This document shows, one piece after another, positions 10,115 through 19,869 of a DNA stretch of 19,869 nt. Location: assembly GCF_006345805.1 (NCBI RefSeq), contig NW_021824101.1, forward strand, positions 1-19,869. The letters run 5' to 3'. This DNA is from Octopus sinensis (taxonomy: Eukaryota). Made by a program: the position numbers and the translations under genes. Position 1 is the first letter of the stretch. The number at the start of each line of letters is the position of its first letter. The notes under the pieces were generated by a model. The model was not told where the DNA came from and ran no database searches. It worked only from the letters and a program-made list of their open reading frames with translations.

Positions 10115-10507
10115 TAGCCGGCCAAAATGCTAGAAGAAGATCATCAACGATCAAACTACAAGGGAAATTCTCTAGAGGAAGAATTCAGCGAACACCAGAA
10201 CCAACTAAATAAAAATCAGTAAGAAAGACTAAGCACGTGTCTGTCTTGACACAGAGAGCTGGGGTTAGTCTTTCAGTTTGCATCTCGAGGACCGAATGTA
10301 CTGAAGAAGTCACGGACACTTGAATTATGCAAGTAATTCTTTTTGTTAAGACCGAAACCGAGGTATGCATTTAAGTCTGTTTTTTATTTAATTTTTCATA
10401 TGTCCTGCCCGCCAAAGTTGGTTCTGGTGTTCGCTGAATTCTTCCTCTAGAGAATTTCCCTTGTAGTTTGATCGTTGATGATCTTCTTCTAGCATTTTGG
10501 CCGGCTA
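10115..10507. repeat. Perfect 92-bp inverted repeat (10115-10206 / 10416-10507) with 209-bp spacer, abutting (TA)n
   Basis: Base-by-base reverse-complement identity of the arms (92/92). Confidence 0.97.
10294..10372 (+). ncRNA. Type I hammerhead ribozyme candidate
   Basis: Stem I gaatgta/tgcattt; core CUGAAGA 10301-10307; stem II GTC 10309-10311/GAC 10350-10352 with A.C at the base; GAAA 10354-10357; short stem III ACC/GGT; cleavage triplet GUA (cut after 10365). Confidence 0.7.
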
Positions 10508-10509
10508 TA

Positions 10510-10546
<37 letters not shown>

Positions 10547-10547
<1 letters not shown>

Positions 10548-10780
10548 CTTCAAAACACGCTGGAGTTGAACTAGGGAGAGCTGATGAAGGGGTCTTTTCC
10601 TTGTGTAGTTTGTCTTGTACTCTGTTTTTCCGTTGTTAAAAAAAGGTCCGTTCCATGCTTGTTTTTACGTTTTCGTTTCTCGTTGAGTTCTACGTCTATT
10701 TGTGGTGTCCTGTACTCACGTATATATACTTATATATGCATGTATATATACATGTAGATGTAGGTACGTACATATATGTA
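10547..10780 (+). mobile_element. Unclassified dispersed repeat, copy 1 (copy 2 at 18362-18593)
   Basis: Shared ctga(t/a)ga.gggg..ttttccttg, ttttcgtttctc, tggtgtcctgtac and catgtatatatacatgtaga(t/g)gtaggtacgtacatatatgta. Both copies start next to (TA)n. Confidence 0.7.
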
Positions 10781-10837
10781 TGTATGTATGCATATATTTT
10801 ATTTATTACACTATTGTATGACTGAGCGCCCTCGCGT

Positions 10838-10873
10838 CGATTCGATTCGATTCGTTTCGTTTCGTTTCGTTTC
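10838..10873. repeat. (CGATT)n(CGTTT)n pentamer repeat
   Basis: Direct reading. Confidence 0.85.
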
Positions 10874-10884
10874 TTCTTCTCTAA

Positions 10885-10988
10885 GCAAGTTTTTATATAT
10901 ATATATATATATAGACATACATACATACATACATACATACATACATACATACATACATACATACATAAATGCATACATACATACATAT
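10885..10988. repeat. (TA)n/(TACA)n microsatellite
   Basis: Direct reading. Confidence 0.95.
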
Positions 10989-10991
10989 GGA

Positions 10992-11372
10992 TGGAAGCAC
11001 TCCGTCGGTTACGACAACGAGGGTTCCGGTTGATCCGATCAGTGGAACAGCCTGCTCGTGAAATTAACGTGTAAGTGGCTGAGCACTGCACAGACACGTG
11101 TTCCCTTAACGTAGTTCTCGGGGATATTCAGCGTGACATAGAGAGTGATAAGGCCGGCCCCTTGAAATACAGGTACAGCGGAAACAGGAAGTAAGAGTGA
11201 GAGAAAGTTGTGGTGAAAGAGTACAGCAGGGATCACCACCATCCCTGCCGGAGCCTCGTGGAGCTTTAGGTGTTTTCGTTCAATAAACACTCACAACGCC
11301 CGGTCTGGGAATCGAAACCGCGATCCTACGACCGCGAGTCCGCTGCCCTAACCACTGGGCCATTGCGCCTCC
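10992..11372 (-). mobile_element. Full-length family A SINE (well preserved)
   Basis: Minus strand begins ggaggcgcaatggcccagtggttagggcagcggactcgc...ggtttcgattccc and ends gtcgtaaccgacggagtgcttcca. Possible TSD catacatat (10980-10988, 11376-11384), weak because of the microsatellite context. Confidence 0.93.
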
Positions 11373-11554
11373 ACTCATACATATATATGAAGAGAGAGAA
11401 GAGAGGGAGATTTATACATATATATATATACGCATATTTATGTGCGATGCATCTGTGTGTATGTAAGTTTGTATGTAAGTATGTATATATGAATATAATG
11501 AAATATGTTATATGTGTATATATGTTTATATGTTTGTCTGTGTGTGTATGTATG

Positions 11555-11557
<3 letters not shown>

Positions 11558-11616
<59 letters not shown>
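11558..11616. repeat. (TG)n microsatellite
   Basis: Direct reading. Confidence 0.97.
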
Positions 11617-11621
<5 letters not shown>

Positions 11622-12164
11622 CGTTCGTCTGGTCGTGATTCGAAGCCGAATTATCGTTCTTGAATTCTATTATAATTTTAATTCCATTTCGTTTCGCACA
11701 TAATTTGAGAACTATTTTCATCAAAATATTTCACTCTTTATACGCTGTACGCACCAACAAACACACACACGCACGCACGCACGCACGCACACGTACAAAC
11801 CGCGCATGGAAATATATATGTATATATATATGTGTGTGTGTGTGAGTGTGTGTGAGTGTGTATTTATGTATGTATGTTATTGTTCAGTTTTATTTCAAGA
11901 TGTCTTGCCAATGGAGAAAGAGCCGGATTCTAACCTAGATTCAAAGCTCCTTCATTGAAATTTCAACATCAACCACCGGGTATTTTTCTTTGTATGCATG
12001 TATGTATTCTCATGCATATAGTTGCATATGTAGACATACTCATATATATTTCAATGATAATCTTCTGGAAGGTGTTACAGATTTTTATAGTTCTGGTGAT
12101 GGATTGGTTCTGTATGTATGAATGCAAGAATGTATGTGTATCAGTAGAAAAATAATATACACAC

Positions 12165-12242
12165 TCGTATATATATATATATATAATATATATATATATG
12201 TATGTATGTATGTATGTGTGTATATATGTATATATGTATGTA

Positions 12243-12315
<73 letters not shown>

Positions 12316-12327
12316 TATATATATATA
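12165..12327. repeat. (TA)n-rich microsatellite
   Basis: Direct reading. Confidence 0.95.
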
Positions 12328-12478
12328 CAAATATGGTGGCTTTTGCCTGTTAGAGAACGTTTAAATTTGAATTTAAATTTAAAATGAGGGTGAGAAATTG
12401 GACATTAATTTAATTAACATCGATTTCACACCAGTGGTCTAGCATATAAAAAAAATTGGAGGTTCAGTAAAATTGTAT

Positions 12479-12727
12479 TATATACATATTAGAAGGAAAC
12501 CACTATGTGGACACCCTTATGCTAGAAATAGATCCACTATGGTCTTACCAATATGTTAATAGAGAATCATGTATGTGAATAATCCATATTTTTATTGCTT
12601 TTTCTTTTGTCTTGATCGATTACGTTTTGGTTGTTTTGCTAAATTTTTCTTGAGAACATTTCTTAGTGGTAAGACCATAGCGGATCTATTTCTAGCATAA
12701 GGGTGTCCACATAGTGGTTTCCCTCTA

Positions 12728-12738
<11 letters not shown>
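12479..12738. repeat. 72-bp inverted repeat (12479-12550 / 12667-12738), 116-bp spacer, abutting (TA)n
   Basis: Arms differ at 2 of 72 positions. Confidence 0.95.
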
Positions 12739-12810
<72 letters not shown>

Positions 12811-13437
12811 TATGTATGTATGTAGTAGATATATAAGTATAGATTAGATATATACATAAATAATCGATATATAGTAAAGTACAGCACTAAAGGAAAAGAG
12901 GCCCACACTAAACAACATTGCTCTCACATGACCTCCGTCGCTCCTTCTCTTCCACCACAGCTCCTCACTCCTTAGCATAACGTCACTAACCCTATACTCC
13001 AGACCCACCTTAGCCCCACAAGAAGCTTTCCAAATCTATGTTTCCCGACTAATCAACATCATTGCGTGTTTGTCACGAAACCAAATCGAGTATCAACGTT
13101 TTTTTTTGGGGGGGGTTGTGTTTTTTAGAGATAATTGGTTTCTAAATATTGACGTCTAATATGATATCTAATTTTAGTTTCTGTCTTTTATTACTAATTT
13201 AGTTAATTGCGTTTCATTAACAAAACTTAATGCGACACGAAACATTTTATGTTTATAAATGTGTCGCCATTTTTTACAATTTGGGGTACATTTAATTTGA
13301 AGAGAAGACGGGGTCCAATTTGATATAAGCGTCACCAGTTTTTGTAGCAGAGTACCACAAACGCTGGTTAGTATGAAAAGGGAATTTTCCGTTGTGATTG
13401 TTGTTGCTGTAGTTATGTTGTTGTTGTTGCTGTTGTG

Positions 13438-13824
13438 CGAAGCGGTCTTCCTCCCAGGGCTCGCAAGATCTGCCTCAGTAGTGGGAAAAGTGTGAAACGT
13501 GGTCCATTGCTATTCGTAAGACCCGCAGAAGAGAAAGCAGGTCAACCCCACGACACTGAGAGTATCGACGGATGGATGGATGAATGCGCATCCATGCTCA
13601 GCGGTTGCGTAGGAAGTCGGGGACAAGTAACAAGAAGAAAGAGTGAGAGAAAGTTGGGGTGAAAGCGTAGAACAGGGGTAGCCACCCACCCATCCCCTGC
13701 CGGAGCCTCGTGGAGCTTTAGGTGTTTTCACTCAATAAATACACTCAACGCCCGGTCTGGGAATCGAAACCGCGATCCTCCGACTGCTAGTCCGCTGCCC
13801 TAACCATTGGGCCATTGCGCCTCC
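13438..13824 (-). mobile_element. tRNA-derived SINE with family A head (H1) but an unrelated 3' tail (T2)
   Basis: About 13640-13824 matches the head and body of 10992-11372; 13438-13630 has no similarity to tail T1. Possible TSD ctgttgt (13430-13436, 13826-13832). Confidence 0.82.
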
Positions 13825-14092
13825 ACTGTTGTCTTTGTTTGATGGTGTCCGTGATGATGCTGTTTTTTTTTTGTTGTTACTGTCATTGTCTTCGCCACAT
13901 TGTTATTGTTTGTTGTTGTGCTTGATATTGATGATGCAAGGTTAAGAGATGTTGGTGCTGATGATGTCTGTTACACTCATCGCCGCCATTTGTGGTCGTC
14001 ATCGTCGTTGTCGCTGTTGTCTGTTATGAGGGTTATTTTTCTGAAAGGAGCAGTGTAGATACCGTATCCTCTTTTTCACGTATATACATATA

Positions 14093-14490
14093 CTAGCAGT
14101 ATCGCCCGGCGTTGCTCGGGTTTGTAAGGGAAATAACTATATAAGCATTTTTAGAGATGTAAAGTATAATAGCCATCTCAATATGGCTAACCAAAAAAGG
14201 GGGGGGGTTGTCTGTAGCTTTTTACGTTCTGAGATTTAATAATACATTTTTAGAGAGTTACTTCCTTTATATAATAGCAAAACATGCATTAAAAATGGGA
14301 AAAAATGATGGTAATTTTTTTTTAAATCGGAGACTCATCGTAAACGCGCGCGCTAATACCCAGAAGGGCTTGATATGAATCACGACTATAAGATACCCGC
14401 TTTTGGTTAAACTGCACCGCAAAATGTGGGAGTAGTTATGAATCTAAATCGTAGGAGACAGACACACAACTTCACTTTTATATATAAAGA
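14093..14490 (-). mobile_element. Non-autonomous Helitron-like element
   Basis: Minus strand reads A|TCtttatatataaaagtgaagttgtgtgtctgt ... cccgagcaacgccggg (GC hairpin) cgatactgCTAG|T. Confidence 0.82.
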
Positions 14491-14576
14491 TAGAGAGAAT
14501 TTATAATTGCATGCATTTATATACACTTATCAATTGCATATAATGAAAATACATATATGTATATAAATGTATATGC

Positions 14577-14793
14577 CTGGCAGAAACGTTAGCACGCCGG
14601 GCGAAATACGTAGCCATATTTCGTCTGTCGTTACGTTCCGAGTTCAAATTCCGCCGAGGTCGACTTTGCCTTTCATCCTTTCGGGGTCGATAAATTAAGT
14701 ACCAGTTACGCTTTGGGGTCGATGTAATCGACTTCATCCCTTTGTCTGTCCTTGTTTGTCCCCTCTGTGTTTAGCCCCTTGTGGGTAGTAAAG

Positions 14794-14798
<5 letters not shown>
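14577..14798 (+). mobile_element. Family B SINE followed by (TA)n
   Basis: ctggcagaaacgttagc...gagttcaaattccgcc (B-box-like)...gtgggtagtaaagaaata; matches 8886-9111 in reverse. Confidence 0.9.
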
Positions 14799-14830
<32 letters not shown>

Positions 14831-15044
14831 GGAAAGAGGCAGAGAGAAAGCGATACATGCATATATACATTCTTGCATACATGCATACATACGTACGCAA
14901 TTTTTTTTCTGTAGTTTCAGCTCAAAGCTGTGGCCATTCTGGAGCTCCGCCGTTTTACTACACTGATATTACTGAGAAACTCCACTAATATGTGACACTT
15001 CGTGTAGAATGAAGTTTGATGTAACTACCGTTATTTTCACTTCT

Positions 15045-15313
15045 TGCAGTAAGGAACCTTCATCTGGGACTCACCATAGGAAGAGGTCCAGCTTTGATTT
15101 AAAAACACCTACATCCACTTTGTGCAGGTTTGCCAGGCTCTTTGGGAGAATATTAAAAAAAGCTGTGGGCTCCTGAAACCCAGGCTGTTGCAGTAACTGG
15201 TTCTGAAGCGCAATGGATATGCTGGGATATTTGGCATTGGGCAGTTTCGACCCGTCCTGGCATTGGTGTAGCTTTCAATACACTTGAATATTACTGCATG
15301 CCTTTCCCGCTTG
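15045..15313 (-). mobile_element. Decayed CR1-clade-like LINE fragment (ORF2 C-terminus)
   Basis: Manual translation: RERHAVIFKCIESYTNARTGRNCPMPNIPAYPLRFRTSYCNSLGFRSPQLF/NILPKSLANLHKVDVGVFKSKLDLFLW*VPDE. This resembles the RRERY...GP.LFN.LP...FK..LD.FL..VPD tail recalled for CR1-type ORF2. One frameshift and one stop. Confidence 0.7.
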
Positions 15314-15314
15314 T

Positions 15315-15855
<541 letters not shown>

Positions 15856-15974
15856 GGTGTGTATATGATAAAGAGAATATTTATAGTGACTGGACGTATT
15901 TAGCGTCTATTTTCAGCATACCAGACACGTTAGATTCTGAACCCTTAATTATAATTGTATCCTCTACAGTTCTA

Positions 15975-15975
15975 G

Positions 15976-16039
<64 letters not shown>

Positions 16040-16040
16040 C
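15975..16040. repeat. (TC)n(TA)n microsatellite
   Basis: Direct reading. Confidence 0.95.
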
Positions 16041-16797
16041 ATATGAAGCACTGGAAATAATTGTGTTAGGAAGAAGGAATGATGCAAGAAAAGACTTATC
16101 GGAAATTCACAGCTAACTAGAGGAAGAGCAATTGTTTGTATTCAACGATATTTGACGGAAGCATATTTGGTCAAGCATGTTACAATAAACCCGATATCAT
16201 AATATAAATTAATTGGCATGTTGACAAGCGACATAGAGTAGCTATATAACGTAATGTAATGTAAAAATTTAAAATAAAAACCTGCCGGGAATAGAATTCA
16301 ATGTTAAGCAACCAAATACGATTCATTAAATGTGAGAAATAAGAAATGTAATGAAATACTCAAGACCACTTGTAGCTGAATAGCTCAAGGAGTGGGTAAA
16401 ATAGCAAATATATAGTGGAATTCTGGAGCAATAGAATGTTAATTATTTGCTGCAAAAACATACCTAATAATGGCGGTTAACTGCCTACTTGAAAACATAG
16501 AATTTCACATTTTAGAAATTAATAATTCGTCATCCTGTCCTTGAAAACGTAGAAATATAATGCATGGTTTATAAGAAGTCGATGATGTATCAGTTGAAAA
16601 CATCGTGTTTTTGTCTACTGTCTGGTTTTCAGGCGAAATATGCTACATGTGCGCAAAATACGCCTGTGGTTACCCTATGGATATTTCTCAAATAAATTGG
16701 TAACATGTTCGAGACAATATGACGTATGGCTGCTGTTGTTGTTTTGAAATAAAATTACCCCTGTCAGGGCAAATAATCTATCTTCCTGTCCCTTGAT

Positions 16798-16986
16798 GCA
16801 GAAAGAGGCTGTGTGGTAAGTAGCTTGCTAACCAGCCACATGGTTCCGGGTTCAGTCCCACTGCGTGGCATCTTGGGCAAGTGCCTTCTACTATAGCCCC
16901 GGGCCGACCAATGCCTTGTGAGTGTATTTGGTAGACGGAAACTAAAAGAAGCCTGTCGTATATATGTATATATATGTATATATGTG

Positions 16987-17019
<33 letters not shown>

Positions 17020-17226
17020 TTGTCCCTCTAGCATTGCTTGACAACCGATGCTGGTGTGTTTACGTCCCCGTCACTTAGCGGTTCGGCAAAAGAGACCGAT
17101 AGAATAAGTACTGGGCTTACAAAGAATAAGTCCTAGGGTCGATTTGCTCGACTAAAGGTGGTGCTCCAGCATGGCCGCAGTCAAATGACTGAAACAAGTA
17201 AAAGAGTAAAAGAGTAAAGAGAGAGT
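16798..17226 (+). mobile_element. Full-length family C tRNA-derived SINE with internal (TA)/(TG) tract and (AAAGAGT)n tail
   Basis: ggctgtgtggtaag (A-box-like), gggttcagtccc (B-box-like), internal microsatellite at ~16960-17020, 3' gcagtcaaatgactgaaacaagtaaaagagtaaaagag. Confidence 0.92.
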
Positions 17227-17413
17227 ATAGGACAAAATTCATTCCTAAATTTAAAATGTTACGGTATCAGATTGGCTGCTATATCTAGCAGCTTAGACAG
17301 ACGCATTGATACATTATAGTTTGAGACCAAGAGAAACAGTTTGGTTTTTTTAGATGCAAATCTCTCATCATAAGTGATAAATATTTCATCTCCCTCCAAC
17401 AATAATATATGTT

Positions 17414-17812
17414 CAGGCGGGGCTGTGTAGTAAGAAGCTTGCCTGCCAACCGCATGGCTCCGAGTTCGGTCGCACCGCGTGGAACCTTGTGCAAGCATCT
17501 CCTACCATAGCCTCTGGCCGATCGAAGCGTTGTGAGTGGACTTAATAGAGGGAAACTGAAAGGAGCCCGTCGTATATATATGTGCGTGTGTGTGTGGGTG
17601 GGTGCATCTGTATTTGTCCCCTGCATCACCACTTGACAGCCGGTGTTAATGCGTTTGCGTCCCCGTAGCCTAGCTTTTCGGCAATAAACGCCGACGGAAT
17701 AAATACTAGGCTTTAAAAATAAGTGATTGGGTCGATTTGCCCGACCAAACTACTTGAGGGCGCTGCTCCAGCATGACCGCAGTCAAATGACAAACAATAG
17801 ACTAAAAGAAGA
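17414..17812 (+). mobile_element. Diverged family C SINE
   Basis: Colinear with 16798-17226, including the internal microsatellite and gctccagcatgaccgcagtcaaatgac. Confidence 0.85.
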
Positions 17813-18361
17813 CAATTACTGTTTTCATATCATCGTTTCTCGGTTTCACTTCAATAATATAGGCTGATTAAGCCTTATTAAATGGCATTAACAGAACGAA
17901 GAATTTGTTATATGTGATACCAAGAATAGCTAATGGGGATATTTAAATTCCGTACATAAGAACAAATACCTATAACGAAATGTTGCGGATAATGAATCTT
18001 ATTGTTACTTAACACCATGAATGAATTGCTTTGGAGCTGTTTCTGAAGGATTCGCCTCCATGATTAATTGCTGCGGTCCTTTAAGACTTAAGTTATTGTA
18101 TTTAATTATTTCGCATTTGACAAGCTTGTATTAACCTACTTAGCAAACATCTTAATGTAGTACTTGCGTATAATTTTTTTGTATATTCTCGTACTGCAAA
18201 TTTCAACAGGAAAGCAATGATATGATGTAGCTATGTACCTGTTTGAAGACTTTTATGCCTATCTACATATACACAGACATAAGAGAGTTTATAAGCAGAA
18301 ACACACTCACACACAAACAGACACACACGCACATAAACACACAGACACACACACATATATA

Positions 18362-18593
18362 TATCGAAACGTGGAGTAGATGAAACAAAGGCGACTGAAG
18401 AGGGGGAATTTTCCTTGTTTTGTATGTCCTGTACTATATTTTTTCGTTGTTTAAGAAATATGTCCATTTCCCTTGTTTTTGTGTTTATGTTTTCGTTTTT
18501 TCGTTTCTCATTGTGTTCGACATTTTTTTTTGGTGTCCTGTACCCATTATGCATGTATATATACATGTAGAGGTAGGTACGTACATATATGTA
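18362..18593 (+). mobile_element. Unclassified dispersed repeat, copy 2 (see 10547-10780)
   Basis: Shared motifs listed for copy 1. Confidence 0.7.
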
Positions 18594-19224
18594 TATTGCA
18601 TATGTTTTATTTATTTATTAATTTTTTATATATATACATATATATATATATATATAATATATATAATATATATCATATATGTGTGAGTGCATATAGCATC
18701 TTTGTATATGCAAGTCTCTTGTATAACATGTACGTATTTGTGTATGTATATATATGTGTGTGTGCATAGATGTGTGTATGTATGTCTAAATTTACGCATG
18801 CGCATATGCATAGATATGCATACATACACATAGATGTGTGTGTAAGTTTGACTGCCTACATACATATATATAACAGATTGGAACATCTAAATCCCTTCGT
18901 CTCATTAGGACGTTGAGTTAAAAGACCAACAAATTACATTATGGGTTTCTTTTTTTGCGTTATTCCCTTGTCAGAAGAACGTATACACATGCGCACACAG
19001 ACAAACACACACAGATACACAGAGATCACCCACACACACATCACACACACACAACACCATATTCATGCACAAACCACATTCATACGCACATTCATACCCC
19101 TATACATGCACATACACACCAAGTTCATTAATAAATGCCAATAACAACTGAAAATACATAACGCGCAACGCACAGAAACCAAAAACTATTAACAAATAAT
19201 AAACATATCTGTGTATATATTTTG

Positions 19225-19253
19225 GTGCATGTGTGCATATATATAATATATAT

Positions 19254-19305
<52 letters not shown>

Positions 19306-19363
19306 TATATTTGAGGTATATATATATATATATCTATATGTATATTAATATATATTAATATGT

Positions 19364-19394
<31 letters not shown>

Positions 19395-19548
19395 ATATGT
19401 ATGTGTAATGTATATATATATATATATATTAATATATATATATTATGCATATATATACACACTTATATATTTATTTATATATATTTTAAATAATAAATAT
19501 CTGTGTATATATATGAGTAAATATATTCAGCAATATATAATGTAATAG

Positions 19549-19583
<35 letters not shown>

Positions 19584-19664
19584 ATACAATATACATACAT
19601 ATTTATATACATATATATTTACAAATATATATATACATAATATATATATATAATATAATATATA

Positions 19665-19699
<35 letters not shown>

Positions 19700-19745
19700 C
19701 CATATACAAACATATATATATATATAATATATATATATATATAAT
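19225..19745. repeat. (TA)n-rich degenerate microsatellite
   Basis: Direct reading. Confidence 0.95.
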
Positions 19746-19869
19746 ACATGGCTAAACATATTCAATAAAATAAATGAGAAAACAAAGAACAATCTGACGC
19801 CTTGATTTTAAAAGGCAAAAATCGATTTTAATCAAATGGTTGGCTTATCTTAATCATCTCCCTTGGCAG

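Noticed and set aside
10581-10630. CTGATGA / CTGAAGA motifs in the dispersed repeat (also near 18395)
   Set aside because: No downstream GAAA core, and stem I pairing is not conserved between the two copies.
15069-15075. Minus-strand G|GTGAGT donor suggesting a host exon
   Set aside because: The upstream frame is better explained as a decayed LINE ORF2 end that continues past the site (VPDE).

Overview
AT-rich, repeat-saturated eukaryotic non-coding DNA with no recognisable host protein-coding exon. The tRNA-derived SINE families and extreme microsatellite load resemble an Octopus genome (recalled, not searched). It contains at least 14 SINE copies or fragments from several modular families, two non-autonomous Helitron-like elements, a TTAA-flanked MITE-like element and a decayed CR1-type LINE ORF2 C-terminal fragment. 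It also has three inverted-repeat (foldback) structures: 443/440-bp arms at about 97% identity, 92-bp arms at 100%, and 72-bp arms at 97%. The most notable signal is a near-canonical type I hammerhead ribozyme (10294-10372) in the loop of the perfect 92-bp inverted repeat. Two further degenerate hammerhead-like modules lie within 1.6 kb, and each of the three runs into a simple repeat, consistent with Penelope-like (pLTR) or retrozyme-type relics. The supplied ORFs are almost all translations of microsatellites or SINEs.
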